DNA of 32,000 nt from assembly GCF_000306885.1 (NCBI RefSeq), contig NC_018267.1:660001-692000 (forward strand). The letters are read 5' to 3'. A model generated the notes under the pieces. It searched no databases and was not told the DNA's origin. It worked only from the letters and a program-made list of their open reading frames with translations. This DNA is from Wolbachia endosymbiont of Onchocerca ochengi (GTDB lineage: Bacteria > Pseudomonadota > Alphaproteobacteria > Rickettsiales > Anaplasmataceae). Shown here one piece after another: positions 9,519-18,705 of the stretch. Each line of letters opens with the position of its first letter. The stretch's first letter is position 1. The translations under genes and the position numbers were made by a program.

Positions 9519-10904
9519 ATGCTTGATAGAATGCATGAAGAGTGTGGGGTATTTGGTACAAGCTCCAACAAAAATGCTGCTTTTGACTCCATAATAGGCC
9601 TTCATGCTTTGCAGCATAGAGGTCAGGAATCTTTTGGTGTAACGACAAGTAGCAATGGTAAGTTACATTCTTATCACTTTCAAGGTCAGGTTAGTAGTGT
9701 ACTTGATAAAATAGGTGAAATAAAAAAATCCCTGCCTGGAGATTATGCAATAGGCCATGTTCGGTATTCAACAAGTGGCAGTAAGTCTGGGGCACAACCT
9801 ATGCTTGGCAAAAGTAGTAAATTTGGAGATTTTGCTATAGCGCATAACGGTAATTTGATTAAAGTTTCTTCAATACGCGAACAGCTAATCAAACAAGGAT
9901 GCGTTTTTCAATCAGATATTGATACAGAAGTAGTAGTGCGTTTAGTAGAAGTCAATACTAGGAGTAGCTTCTTAGAGAGTTTTATATACGCATTAAAACA
10001 AATACAAGGTGCTTATTCCTTTGTTGCAATTAACCAAGAAGTGGTTATTGGAGTGCGCGATCCAGCAGGAATTAGGCCTCTTGTTTCAGGAAAACTAAAC
10101 GGTTCTTATGTGCTTGCATCTGAGACTTGTGCTTTTGATATAGTAAACGCAGAATTTGTCAGAGAAATAGAACCAGGTGAGTTAGTCACTCTTGACCGGA
10201 ATGGTAACTTAGCTTCAGCATTTCCTTTCTCACAGCAAAAATCAAGTTTTTGTATTTTTGAATACGTTTACTTTTCACGATCAGACAGCGTCATGGAGAA
10301 TAAGTCTATATATAATGTAAGAAAAGAAATAGGAAGAACTCTTGCAGAGGAAAGTCCACCAAAAAACAATGTGGATATGATTGTACCAATACCTGATTCT
10401 GGAACACCTGTAGCTATTGGATATTCAAGGCATTCAGCTTTACCAATGGAACTGGGAATAATTCGCAATCACTATATAGGAAGAACTTTTATACAACCAA
10501 CCGCTGAAGTACGTAAAGTTAAAATAAAATTGAAATTTAATGCTAATAAGCGCATCTTAAAAGGTAAAAATATAGTTTTAATAGATGATAGTATAGTACG
10601 TGGTAGCACGCTCAGAAGTATAATAGTTATGCTAAAAGATGCAGGAGTAAGAGAAATTCACCTAAAAATTTCAAGCCCACCAATTAAGTACTCTTGTTTT
10701 TATGGAATCGATACACCAGAGCGTAAGGATTTAATTGCTGCAAACCAATCTATAAAAGAAATGGAGGCAGATATAGGAGTGAATAGCTTAACCTTTTTGA
10801 GCATTGATGGTCTATATCAAGCTGTTAAGGAAGAAAAGCGCAATAACATAATGTCTCAATACTGTGATGCTTGTTTCACTGGTGATTACCCAATTGGTAG
10901 GTAA
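9519..10904 (+). CDS. purF: Amidophosphoribosyltransferase (glutamine PRPP amidotransferase)
   Basis: 461 aa. N-terminal nucleophile context ECGVFG. Also RDPAGIRPL, the PRTase motif VLIDDSIVRGST, and C-terminal cysteines CDACFTGDYP. Confidence 0.92.
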   Translation: MLDRMHEECGVFGTSSNKNAAFDSIIGLHALQHRGQESFGVTTSSNGKLHSYHFQGQVSSVLDKIGEIKKSLPGDYAIGHVRYSTSGSKSGAQPMLGKSSKFGDFAIAHNGNLIKVSSIREQLIKQGCVFQSDIDTEVVVRLVEVNTRSSFLESFIYALKQIQGAYSFVAINQEVVIGVRDPAGIRPLVSGKLNGSYVLASETCAFDIVNAEFVREIEPGELVTLDRNGNLASAFPFSQQKSSFCIFEYVYFSRSDSVMENKSIYNVRKEIGRTLAEESPPKNNVDMIVPIPDSGTPVAIGYSRHSALPMELGIIRNHYIGRTFIQPTAEVRKVKIKLKFNANKRILKGKNIVLIDDSIVRGSTLRSIIVMLKDAGVREIHLKISSPPIKYSCFYGIDTPERKDLIAANQSIKEMEADIGVNSLTFLSIDGLYQAVKEEKRNNIMSQYCDACFTGDYPIGR

Positions 10905-11338
10905 TTTAGTTAGTAAAAGAATATAATTTTGAAAGATGTTTTTACGAGTCAACAATTTTTATGAATAAAAAATAGTATTAAGGTAACTACTATCTTCTCA
11001 GCAACCTATATCAGGCTACATTTCACTTTTGTATAAAATACCATAAATTCCTTTATCTTAATGAACTAACTGCATTAAGCTTTTGATATGCTTTGTTGAT
11101 TTTATTTTTGCTCTAGGGTTTAGTTAGCTCCAATATTCTTACACCTTATTTGTAGATATATTACTACCAGTTTCATTCTTAGTAAAACTTATTTTATTTC
11201 TTTTCATCAGGGAGAGAAAAATACAATGACGTTAAGTAAGGTAAATTTAATTACTATAAATGTTAAGAAAAGAAAAAAGATGAACGATATGTATACTTTT
11301 TTATTATTTTATGATTAAATAGTAACAATTATAATCCT

Positions 11339-11923
11339 ATGGTAAGTAATATGTTCATTCAAATCAAAGAAACACCAAACCTAAATACGCTAAAATTTCT
11401 TCCTGGGTTTATGATTTTAAACGAAGGAGAAACGGTGGATTTTTCAAGTGCAAATGAGACAAAAAATTCTAAATTAGCAGCAAATCTTTTCCGAATAGAA
11501 CATGTGATAAGAGTATTTTTTGGTCATGATTTTATTTCAGTAACAAAATCTGATGATATTAATTGGAATACATTAAAAGTAGAAGTTTTAACTACAATTA
11601 TGGATCACTTTGCGTCTGGTGGAAAAGCTCTAAATAGAGAAGGGACGAATGATAATGACATACTAGAAGAAGAATTTTTTGATAAAAGTGACACAGAAAT
11701 TGTAAGTAGGATAAGAGAGTTAATGGAAAGTTATATCAAACCTGCAGTTGTTCAAGATGGTGGCGATATCAAATTTCGTGGTTACAAAAACGGAATAGTT
11801 TATGTTGAGCTGCAAGGAGCATGCTCTGGATGTCCGAGTGCTACAATTACTCTTAAGCAGGGGATACAAAACATGTTGTGCTACCACATACCGGAAATTT
11901 TAGGCATAGATACTATACTATGA
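11339..11923 (+). CDS. Nfu/NifU-like Fe-S cluster protein (Nfu_N plus NifU C-terminal domain)
   Basis: [18 protein letters not shown] is an Nfu_N-type start, so the real start may be the second Met at 11351. [12 protein letters not shown] motif lies near the C-terminus. Confidence 0.8.
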   Translation: MVSNMFIQIKETPNLNTLKFLPGFMILNEGETVDFSSANETKNSKLAANLFRIEHVIRVFFGHDFISVTKSDDINWNTLKVEVLTTIMDHFASGGKALNREGTNDNDILEEEFFDKSDTEIVSRIRELMESYIKPAVVQDGGDIKFRGYKNGIVYVELQGACSGCPSATITLKQGIQNMLCYHIPEILGIDTIL

Positions 11924-13161
11924 CTACTCAACCAGTTAGAGGAACAAAAGATCTACTGTTTGATGAATGGTATAAATTTAAATATATAGAACAAACAGCA
12001 AACAGGATTTCAAATTTATATGGTTTTTTGCCTGCTCAAACTCCGATATTTGAATATACAGAAGTTTTCACAAAGACTTTAGGTAATAGTTCAGATATCA
12101 TTAATAAAGAGATGTATACCTTTAATGATAAAGGAGGAAAGAGCATAACTTTGCGTCCTGAGTTTACTGCTGCAGTTGTTAGGTTATTGATTGAAAAAAA
12201 ACTGCAAACGCCGATAAAATTGTTTTCAACAGGACCTGCATTCCGATATGAGAGACCACAAAAGGGAAGGCAAAGACAGTTTCACCAAATAAATTTTGAA
12301 GTTTTTGGTATAGAAGACCCGAAAACTGATGTTGAATTGATATCACTTGCTCAACATCTGTTAACTGAATTTGGTCTTGATAAGAATTTAAGGCTAGAAA
12401 TTAATTCTTTAGGTAGTAGTGAAACAATGCCAAAATATAGAGAAGCTTTGGTATCATATTTTAAAAAGTTTCAAAATGACTTATCAGAAGATAGCCAAAA
12501 TAGATTGATTAAAAACCCACTCAGAATATTAGATTCTAAGGATAAGAAAGATAAAGAAATAATCTCTGGTGCACCTAAAATCAGTGATCATTATACAAAA
12601 GGGTCCTTATATTTTTTTGATCAAATATTAAATGGATTAACAATTCTTAATATACCTTACACCGTAAACAGTAAATTAGTTCGGGGATTAGATTATTATT
12701 GCCATACAGTGTTTGAATTTGTCACAGAAGATTTGGGTGGCCAAGGAACAGTATTTGCAGGTGGAAGGTATGATAATCTGATGTCTTCAGTAGGTGAAAA
12801 ATACACTCCAGCAATAGGATTTGCTGGAGGTATTGAGCGCATAATGGAATTAATTAGTTACTCTATAAAAGAGGAGAGACCTACTTATCTAGTCCCTATT
12901 GGCGGGGAAGCTGAAAAATATGCTTTAATACTTGCAAATAAATTGCGCAGGAGTGGTTTATACGTAATCCATGAATATAGTGGAACGCTTAAAAGTCGTA
13001 TGAGAAAAGCAAGTCAAGCAAATGCTAAAGCTGCAGTTATTTTCGGTAATGAAGAATTGAGTAGTAAAACTTTAAAAATTAAAGATATGGATACAGGTGA
13101 AGAAAAGATAGTTACTTGTGATGATATAATAGGAAACGTTTATCAAGCTTTGTTTACATAA
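11920..13161 (+). CDS. hisS: Histidine--tRNA ligase
   Basis: [14 protein letters not shown]-terminus, [16 protein letters not shown] (class II motif 2), GGRYD and GFAGGIERI (motif 3). I chose the start at 11920, which forms an ATGA overlap with the upstream stop, rather than the ORF-track start at 11878. Confidence 0.9.
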   Translation: MTTQPVRGTKDLLFDEWYKFKYIEQTANRISNLYGFLPAQTPIFEYTEVFTKTLGNSSDIINKEMYTFNDKGGKSITLRPEFTAAVVRLLIEKKLQTPIKLFSTGPAFRYERPQKGRQRQFHQINFEVFGIEDPKTDVELISLAQHLLTEFGLDKNLRLEINSLGSSETMPKYREALVSYFKKFQNDLSEDSQNRLIKNPLRILDSKDKKDKEIISGAPKISDHYTKGSLYFFDQILNGLTILNIPYTVNSKLVRGLDYYCHTVFEFVTEDLGGQGTVFAGGRYDNLMSSVGEKYTPAIGFAGGIERIMELISYSIKEERPTYLVPIGGEAEKYALILANKLRRSGLYVIHEYSGTLKSRMRKASQANAKAAVIFGNEELSSKTLKIKDMDTGEEKIVTCDDIIGNVYQALFT

Positions 13162-13177
13162 GTTGAATAAATATAAT

Positions 13178-13675
13178 TTATTTCGTGCGGCACGAACCAT
13201 GCATTTTTTGATATGCCTTTTGAAAACCAAGTAGAGAATAAGTATCATCAACAGTTATTGCCTTTATTTTTCCACTAACTACCATCGATAATCCTTGCTT
13301 CATTTTGAGGATTAGATCCTGGTCTGTTTTTGTATGCTCCGCCCACGCAAAATTTCCCTGTATTATGGGCAACATATATTCAACTTTTCTATCGACGTCA
13401 AGAATTACAGGCTCTTTGTCATACTGCAAGCCAGAAGTGACGCTCACCTCATCTGCTCTTTTACTGACGTAACTAACCATCACATATGGCTTGCGAGCAG
13501 TTGTATAATGTTCGCTTTTTTTCTTAGGATAAGATATAATGTAACACACTTTTTCTCCATCTTCTAATGCAGTGTACACAAACCAATCTTTATACTTTTC
13601 CTTTAACTGCACACTATTAACTGATGCAAGAGCGCTTGTTGAGGAAAATATCAAAAACATGAAAAAACTAAACAT
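13178..13675 (-). CDS. Secreted IalB-like (invasion-associated locus B family) protein
   Basis: 165 aa with an N-terminal signal-like segment (FLIFSSTSALA). DWFVYTALEDGEKVCYI and a C-terminal YSLLGFQKAYQKM resemble the W.v.C...G.k.C and L.GF..A...L blocks recalled from IalB proteins. Confidence 0.5.
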   Translation of the reverse strand: MFSFFMFLIFSSTSALASVNSVQLKEKYKDWFVYTALEDGEKVCYIISYPKKKSEHYTTARKPYVMVSYVSKRADEVSVTSGLQYDKEPVILDVDRKVEYMLPIIQGNFAWAEHTKTDQDLILKMKQGLSMVVSGKIKAITVDDTYSLLGFQKAYQKMHGSCRTK

Positions 13676-14561
13676 ATAAGTTAAGCTTTAAACTCTCTGA
13701 TTGTATATATTGCTTTACCTTACTCATTGCTTGTTCAGCTAGCTGTCTTATCCTTTCCCTTGAAACATTATACTTTTTACCAAGTTCATCTAGAGTTTGA
13801 GTGTTTTCAGACAAATATCTGCTAATAAAGATGTCTCTTGATCTTTCGTTAAGGTTTGCTAATGCATTGTTTAGAATTGTTTCTTTTAATTCTTTTTCTT
13901 CATGATTCTGATAAGTTACTTCTTGACTAACAGAATTACAAGGAATCATATCTTGCAGCTCTTTTTTAGAACCATCACCTACTTTTAGGCAACTATTTAG
14001 TGACTGATCCTTATAAGCTAAACGGTAACTCATCTGTATAACATCCCCTTCAGATACAGCAAGTTCATTAGATATTGCTTTTATTTCTTCATTGCTTAAG
14101 GTCTCTCTGTTTGTATATTGTAAAATTCTTTTCTTTATTTTACGCAAACTAAAAAATAACTTTCTTTGTGCTTGCGTTGTGCCTATTTTTATAAACGACC
14201 AAGACTTCAATATAAAGTCTTTTATTGAAGCTTCAATCCACCATACCGCATAAGTTGAAAAGCGGAACCCTAAATTAGGATTAAACTTTTTTACTGCATG
14301 CATTAAACCTATATTTCCTTCCATGATTAAGTCCATCAGTAGTAGCCCATAATTTTTGAACTTCATTGCAATTTTTACTACTAAGTTTAAATGACTAGTA
14401 ATTAGCTTATGAGCAGAAGAAATATTCTTGTATTGGTGCCAGTTTTTTGCTAATCGCGTTTCTTCTTCTTGGGAAAGCATAGGAAATTTTTGTACCTCAG
14501 CAATATATTGCATTAGACTAGCGCTACCGTTAATACATAAATTCAATGCTTGGATTAACAT
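13668..14561 (-). CDS. rpoH: RNA polymerase sigma-32 factor
   Basis: 297 aa. QRKLFFSLRKIKK (RpoH box), region 2 EGNIGLMHAVKKF, region 4 HTH LDELGKKYNVSRERIRQL. Its 3' end overlaps the next gene's start by 8 nt. Confidence 0.9.
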   Translation of the reverse strand: MLIQALNLCINGSASLMQYIAEVQKFPMLSQEEETRLAKNWHQYKNISSAHKLITSHLNLVVKIAMKFKNYGLLLMDLIMEGNIGLMHAVKKFNPNLGFRFSTYAVWWIEASIKDFILKSWSFIKIGTTQAQRKLFFSLRKIKKRILQYTNRETLSNEEIKAISNELAVSEGDVIQMSYRLAYKDQSLNSCLKVGDGSKKELQDMIPCNSVSQEVTYQNHEEKELKETILNNALANLNERSRDIFISRYLSENTQTLDELGKKYNVSRERIRQLAEQAMSKVKQYIQSESLKLNLYV

Positions 14562-14733
14562 AACAACATAAACTAAAACTCTATATAGTATAGATGATTT
14601 TTAGCAAAAATTCAAGTTTTTATTTTAAAAAAAATGTAACTTATTGCTTTGCGCCTGATTGGAAACTTTGTAGACTTCAATATTAGTTATTAGTTATGCT
14701 ATACAAACTGAAGTATAGTATATATAGTAAATA

Positions 14734-14822
14734 CTGTTGTTCCAGTGTCCAAAAACACTGGATTTCACGTTTCTTTTTTCTAAGTCCCAGCACTAGCTAC
14801 TTGAACAACAAAACCGGGACAA
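14734..14822 (+). repeat. Most complete intergenic copy of the bipartite palindromic repeat (WPE-like)
   Basis: tccagtg (14741-14747) / cactgga (14756-14762), a 7-bp stem with an 8-nt loop. About 22 nt further on comes tcccagcactagctacttgaacaacaaaaccggga. It shares blocks with 2675-2737, 5516-5546 and 6991-7044. Confidence 0.6.
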
Positions 14823-14843
14823 AAAGAAGAGTTACAAAATAGG

Positions 14844-15554
14844 CTAGAAGTTAAACATCAATCCAGCTTCTGCGCCAACAGTGCTGTAAAGAACTTTGAT
14901 TCCATCTTTGGTAGGTTGCTGACCACTTTCGACAACTGGTTTATCAAACTTAGCACCATAAGAACCAAAGTAGCGAGCTCCAGCGAAAAGTTTGACTTCT
15001 GGAGTTACATCATAACTGACACCAGCTTTTGCTTGGTAAGCAAAACCAAATCCATATTCCTTATCACCTGTAACTTTTATTGCTAGAGGATTGCTGAGAT
15101 ATGCTGCACCAACACCAATGCCAACATATGGAATAACAGGCATATCTTCAATTACTACATCATAATATACGTTAACTAATCCTGAAAGTGCATTGAGATT
15201 ATCTGCAATTGCTGGAGCAGGAGCTGTTTCAAATGTATCCCTGCTTAGCTGTGAGTAAAGACCTTCAATATCAACCCTGATATCGTCCATTTTATAACCG
15301 AAAGCACTACCACCAGCCATAAAAGAAGCTTTATAAAGGTCAGTAGTGACATTAGTATCTGCATTCTTCTTTTTAGCACCTGTAACACCATCAATCTCTG
15401 TTTTAAAAGGTAAAAACTCACTGTTGTACTGCAAGCGAATATAGCAACTAGTTTCTTCATCAGCTATTGGACCAACAGGATTTGAAAAAGCAGCGTTTGA
15501 TAAACTTAGCAACGTTACTAAAGCGGTTGCTGAAAAAAACTTTTTATAATGCAT
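14844..15554 (-). CDS. wsp: Wolbachia surface protein (OMP/beta-barrel porin, Msp/Omp-1 superfamily)
   Basis: Signal peptide MHYKKFFSATALVTLLSLSNAAFS, then PVGPIADEETSCYIRLQYN..., ASFMAGGSAFGYKMDDIRVDIEGLYSQL, GLVNVYYD, KAGVSYDVTPEVKLFAGARYFGSYGAKFDK and a terminal F. These closely match WSP blocks I recall. I prefer the ATG at 15554 (gaggg 6 nt upstream) to the TTG at 15569. Confidence 0.9.
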   Translation of the reverse strand: MHYKKFFSATALVTLLSLSNAAFSNPVGPIADEETSCYIRLQYNSEFLPFKTEIDGVTGAKKKNADTNVTTDLYKASFMAGGSAFGYKMDDIRVDIEGLYSQLSRDTFETAPAPAIADNLNALSGLVNVYYDVVIEDMPVIPYVGIGVGAAYLSNPLAIKVTGDKEYGFGFAYQAKAGVSYDVTPEVKLFAGARYFGSYGAKFDKPVVESGQQPTKDGIKVLYSTVGAEAGLMFNF

Positions 15555-15595
15555 AGTTACCCTCGTCAAAAAAAAATTAAAATTTCACTTTAGCA

Positions 15596-15623
15596 ATTTT
15601 AATAAAAGCTAAAGTTAAGTCAA
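15596..15623 (-). promoter_or_regulatory. Candidate sigma-70 promoter for wsp
   Basis: In minus sense: TTGACT (15623-15618), 16 nt, TAAAAT (15601-15596), about 40 nt upstream of the wsp ATG. Such matches are common by chance in AT-rich DNA. Confidence 0.3.
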
Positions 15624-15865
15624 GTACTAACTTAATAACACAAAATGCTTGCCATTTAAACTAATTTTTGGAGGAAGGTAAAGATTTAGTTAATGAAAAT
15701 GAAATTATGTAACTTTTTATCCTAAGTATTCTCTTTTGACTCTTTGCATTATTTTTTACTGCTGTAGCACCACTTACTTTTGTATGATAATGTGATAGGT
15801 GCATTATATAAAAACGATGGTAACACTAGAAATATCAGAGACTTAATCAGTAATACGAAAAAACT

Positions 15866-16198
15866 TTAAAAAGGAAGCTTAAATCCAGAGGGTAGACCAA
15901 TCATACTTGCAAGATCAGAGGTTGCATTCGTCATCTCTGCTTCTGCTTTTTTAATGGCATCGTTGAACGCTGCTACTACTAAGTCTTCTACTATGTCTTT
16001 CTCCTCATTTCTTATAAATTCTAAGTCTATATTTATTTTCTTAGCTTTATAGCTACCTATTTTTACAACTTCTACTAACACAGAAACTTTGCCACCACCA
16101 GAAATACCTTGAAATTCTTTCCCAACGTATTTTTCTTGAGCTTCTATAAGTTTCTTTTGCATTTCTTGTGCTTGCTTCATTATTTGACTAAAATCCAC
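15866..16198 (-). CDS. ybaB: Nucleoid-associated protein YbaB/EbfC
   Basis: 110 aa. MKQAQEMQKKL..., GGGKVSVLV, and the canonical position directly downstream of dnaX (3-nt gap). Confidence 0.88.
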   Translation of the reverse strand: MDFSQIMKQAQEMQKKLIEAQEKYVGKEFQGISGGGKVSVLVEVVKIGSYKAKKINIDLEFIRNEEKDIVEDLVVAAFNDAIKKAEAEMTNATSDLASMIGLPSGFKLPF

Positions 16199-16201
16199 AA
16201 T

Positions 16202-17686
16202 TTACTCCTTACTCTCTATATTAACTATCTTTGCACCCTTAAACGTATCAAGTATACCTTTGACTGTAGGTACATGATTTAAGTTACTTATCTCTCTATT
16301 TATATAACCTACATCAACTGTAACTAACCATTGTTGTTGAGTTACCTGATCTAAGTAATTTTTTAAATCATTACAAAAGTTACTATCTAATTGAGATACA
16401 GCCTTTAATCTTAAATATCCAGGCTTGCAATCTACTAATTGTAAATTGCTACATAGTTGTTTGTAAAGATAAACTTGGTTATCTTGTCGTAATAGTTGCA
16501 GAATTTTATCAAAATCATAATTTTCTTGTTGTGTATTTCCTATATTATAGATATCTCTTTGCCGTGTATTCTGCGCAAGAATTTTTTTGATCACTTGTTC
16601 AGGAGAAGGCAAATCAGAGAGATAACAAAGGCTGATTAGCATCATTTCAGCGGCAATATCATTACATGACGAAACTTTTATAGCTTGAATTCCCTTGAGC
16701 AACACCTTCCATAATCTCGAGAAAAATATTAGAGATTTCCTTGCACTTAAGTCTTTTATCCTATCTTTTCCATGTTCTAGCAATGAACTGTCGACCTCTT
16801 TTGTAATCAAAAAACGGCATATTAATTGGATTGTTTGCAACAGATTTTCGAAGATACTAAGTGGATTTGCTGTCTTTGCTGCCTTGTCAAACACCAATAA
16901 AGCCTTCCGTAAATCGCTATCTAATACTGCTTCCATTAAATCAAATACAATACCTTCATCTACTAAACCAAGTATTTCTGTTACATCCTCAGTAGATATT
17001 GAACCATTTTTGCTATATAACATCGCTTGATTCATCAGAAATAAGGCGTTACGCATTGAATTGCTACAATGGTGTGCAATTAACTCTAATGCTCTATTTT
17101 CAATTAAATAATTCTCTTTTTGTGCAATGTCATTCAAGCGTCCTACTATTTTAGTAGCAGGTATTTTATACAAATCAAACCTTTGACAACGTGCAATAAT
17201 AGTTATTGGCATCTTTTTTATTTCTGTAGTTGCTAAAATAAATTTTACACTAGATGGTGGCTCTTCTAAGGTTTTAAGTAATGCATTAAATGCACTGCCC
17301 GATAACATGTGTACTTCATCTATAATATATATTTTGAATTTGGAACTTATGGGTAAGTAACAAATATTTTCTAATATCACTTTAATATCTTCAATGCTAG
17401 TATGACTTGCTGCATCAATTTCAATCACGTCTGAATGATTTGAGTTTTTTATTGCTAAACAATTTTCACATAATCCACAAGGTTCAAAAGTTGGTCCTAA
17501 AGAACAATTTAAACATAAGGCTATGATTCTTGCTGTTGTAGTTTTACCAACTCCACTACTGCCAGAGAGTAGTATAGATTGTGGGATTTTGTTAAGAGTA
17601 AAGGCGTTTTTTAATATACGTACTAATACGTCTTGACCTATCAAGTCTTTGAAGCTGTCAGGACGATATTTTAATGCTATATTCAT
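16202..17686 (-). CDS. dnaX: DNA polymerase III subunit gamma/tau
   Basis: 494 aa. YRPDSFKDLIGQ, Walker A GSSGVGKTT, zinc module CGLCENC, Walker B IIDEVHML, sensor IIARCQRF. Confidence 0.92.
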   Translation of the reverse strand: MNIALKYRPDSFKDLIGQDVLVRILKNAFTLNKIPQSILLSGSSGVGKTTTARIIALCLNCSLGPTFEPCGLCENCLAIKNSNHSDVIEIDAASHTSIEDIKVILENICYLPISSKFKIYIIDEVHMLSGSAFNALLKTLEEPPSSVKFILATTEIKKMPITIIARCQRFDLYKIPATKIVGRLNDIAQKENYLIENRALELIAHHCSNSMRNALFLMNQAMLYSKNGSISTEDVTEILGLVDEGIVFDLMEAVLDSDLRKALLVFDKAAKTANPLSIFENLLQTIQLICRFLITKEVDSSLLEHGKDRIKDLSARKSLIFFSRLWKVLLKGIQAIKVSSCNDIAAEMMLISLCYLSDLPSPEQVIKKILAQNTRQRDIYNIGNTQQENYDFDKILQLLRQDNQVYLYKQLCSNLQLVDCKPGYLRLKAVSQLDSNFCNDLKNYLDQVTQQQWLVTVDVGYINREISNLNHVPTVKGILDTFKGAKIVNIESKE

Positions 17687-17713
17687 AGCCTTTAACTAAA
17701 CCAAAAACAATGA

Positions 17714-17800
17714 AATAGGTATGCAACCCAAAAAAGATCCTGATATGGCTGCTTCATTCCTGATCTGACCAAGTTACAGAGTTTTTGCCTGCATACCTTG
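17714..17800 (-). ncRNA. ffs: Signal recognition particle RNA (4.5S-type)
   Basis: In minus sense: ggtatgcaggcaaaaaCTCTGTAACTTGGTCAGATCAGGAATGAAGCAGCCATATCAGGATC...ttgcatacc. The capitalised part parallels E. coli 4.5S CUCUGUUUACCAGGUCAGGUCCGGAAGGAAGCAGCCAAGGCAGAUGAC (domain IV). The ends pair over 9 bp (17798-17790 with 17725-17717). The position upstream of dnaX is the conserved ffs-dnaX-ybaB arrangement. Confidence 0.85.
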
Positions 17801-17806
17801 TAAAAT

Positions 17807-17833
17807 ATTATACTTTTTTTTTTTATTTGGCAA
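17807..17833 (-). promoter_or_regulatory. Candidate promoter of ffs
   Basis: In minus sense: TTGCCA (17833-17828), a 15-nt spacer made mostly of an A11 run, then TATAAT (17812-17807). The SRP RNA 5' stem starts about 7-9 nt downstream. Confidence 0.4.
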
Positions 17834-17959
17834 GCTATATTCTATATTAGCCCTATAGTTTAATGTGTTAAATTTTTTACAGTTCTACTTTAAGGTAAAT
17901 AAAAGGTTAGTTTGTTATGCAGGTCACCATAGGATTATTAATCCAATATCTATCTATGT

Positions 17960-18020
17960 CATTTCAGTGCTTATTTATATCATCTAAGTATGTGATAGCG
18001 GAACTGCACTGGAATAGTGA
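17960..18020. repeat. Possible degenerate palindromic-repeat copy
   Basis: ttcagtgc (17963-17970) and gcactgga (18006-18013) form a 7/8 inverted repeat around a 35-nt AT-rich spacer. cactgga is the same arm as at 14756-14762. Evidence is weak. Confidence 0.3.
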
Positions 18021-18050
18021 AGAGAAGAGAGGCAGCAAAATGGGGAGTTT

Positions 18051-18704
18051 ATGATTTTATATTATTTTCCTCTTTGCCCATTTTCACGAAAAGTTAGAGC
18101 ACTACTCAAAGAAAAAAAGTTAAGTTGTGATTTAATATATGAAAATCCATGGGAAAAACGTAATGAATTTATGAAGATTAACCCAACTGGACAAGTACCA
18201 GTCCTTATAGACAATAATTTTACCATAGCAGACAGCAATGCCATTTGTGAATACCTAGAAGAAACTTATAACAGCAGTATTAAACTGTTGGATTTTTCTG
18301 CTGCTATTAAGTCTAAAATACGAGCTTTAATTAGCTGGTTTGACAATAAATTTTATAATGAGGTTACTAAGTACATCATAAATGAGAAAGTGATAACTAA
18401 CCGTAGTCCTGACTCTAGGTTTCTTCATGCAGCTAAGCACAACCTATCTTGTCATATAGAATATATTGAACACTTAATTAGCAAAAATGTTTGGCTTGCA
18501 ACTAATAAGTTCACTTTAGCCGATATTACTTTAGCGTCACATATTTCTGTGATGGATTATGTAAATAGTTTTCCATGGGAAAAAAGTAAAATTTTAAAAG
18601 AATGGTACTCTATTGTTAAATCGAGACCTTGTTTTCGTGGTATGTTATTAGAGAGAGTTCTTGGATTAACTCCTCCTAAACATTATGCAGATCTTGATTT
18701 CTAA
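18051..18704 (+). CDS. Glutathione S-transferase family protein
   Basis: 217 aa. It has a thioredoxin-like N-domain (FPLCPFSRKVR, GQVPVL, DSNAICEYLEE) and a helical C-domain. Confidence 0.8.
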   Translation: MILYYFPLCPFSRKVRALLKEKKLSCDLIYENPWEKRNEFMKINPTGQVPVLIDNNFTIADSNAICEYLEETYNSSIKLLDFSAAIKSKIRALISWFDNKFYNEVTKYIINEKVITNRSPDSRFLHAAKHNLSCHIEYIEHLISKNVWLATNKFTLADITLASHISVMDYVNSFPWEKSKILKEWYSIVKSRPCFRGMLLERVLGLTPPKHYADLDF

Positions 18705-18705
18705 C

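Noticed and set aside
10268-10468. Antisense ORF inside purF. The same class includes 13334-13567 (in the IalB-like gene), 15245-15460 (in wsp), 16695-17030 (in dnaX), 18062-18244 (in GST), 18947-19159 (in the OMT gene), 19938-20120 (in dsbA), 22480-22674 (in folC), 25070-25411 (in lysC), 27499-27831, 27527-27778 and 28198-28428 (in tyrS), and 31540-31737 (in mdh).
   Set aside because: Each is fully nested antisense within a CDS that has clear family motifs. None has a recognisable motif or its own intergenic context.
11878-11919. ORF-track start of hisS at 11878 ([14 protein letters not shown]...).
   Set aside because: It would overlap the Nfu gene by 46 nt. The ATG at 11920 gives the canonical HisRS N-terminus ([11 protein letters not shown]) and a typical ATGA stop/start overlap.
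13182-13196. Hairpin ttcgtg-cgg-cacgaa between the convergent hisS and IalB-like genes, considered as a bidirectional terminator.
   Set aside because: It has only a 6-bp stem with a 3-nt loop, lies inside the last codons of the IalB-like ORF, and lacks flanking U-tracts on either strand.
15555-15569. TTG start of wsp at 15569 (MTRVT extension).
   Set aside because: The ATG at 15554 is preceded by gaggg at a proper distance and yields a standard signal peptide. The extension adds nothing recognisable.
15570-15865. Possible recR relic downstream of ybaB (minus-sense SFFVLLIKSLIFLVLPSFLYNAPITLSYKSKW, vaguely like the RecR LI..L..LPGIG.KSA.RLA helix-hairpin-helix).
   Set aside because: Only LI..L and LP coincide, the spacing is off by two residues, and no C4 zinc-finger or Toprim remnants follow. 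This is too weak to call. The region also has to hold the wsp promoter.
17213-17221. A AAA AAG heptamer in the dnaX reading frame (atA AAA AAG), the same slippery sequence used for the programmed -1 frameshift of E. coli dnaX.
   Set aside because: It lies at about codon 157 of 494, inside the ATPase module (TEIKKMPITIIARCQRF). A shift there would give a non-functional stub. I saw no downstream stem-loop, and such heptamers are expected by chance in AT-rich coding DNA.
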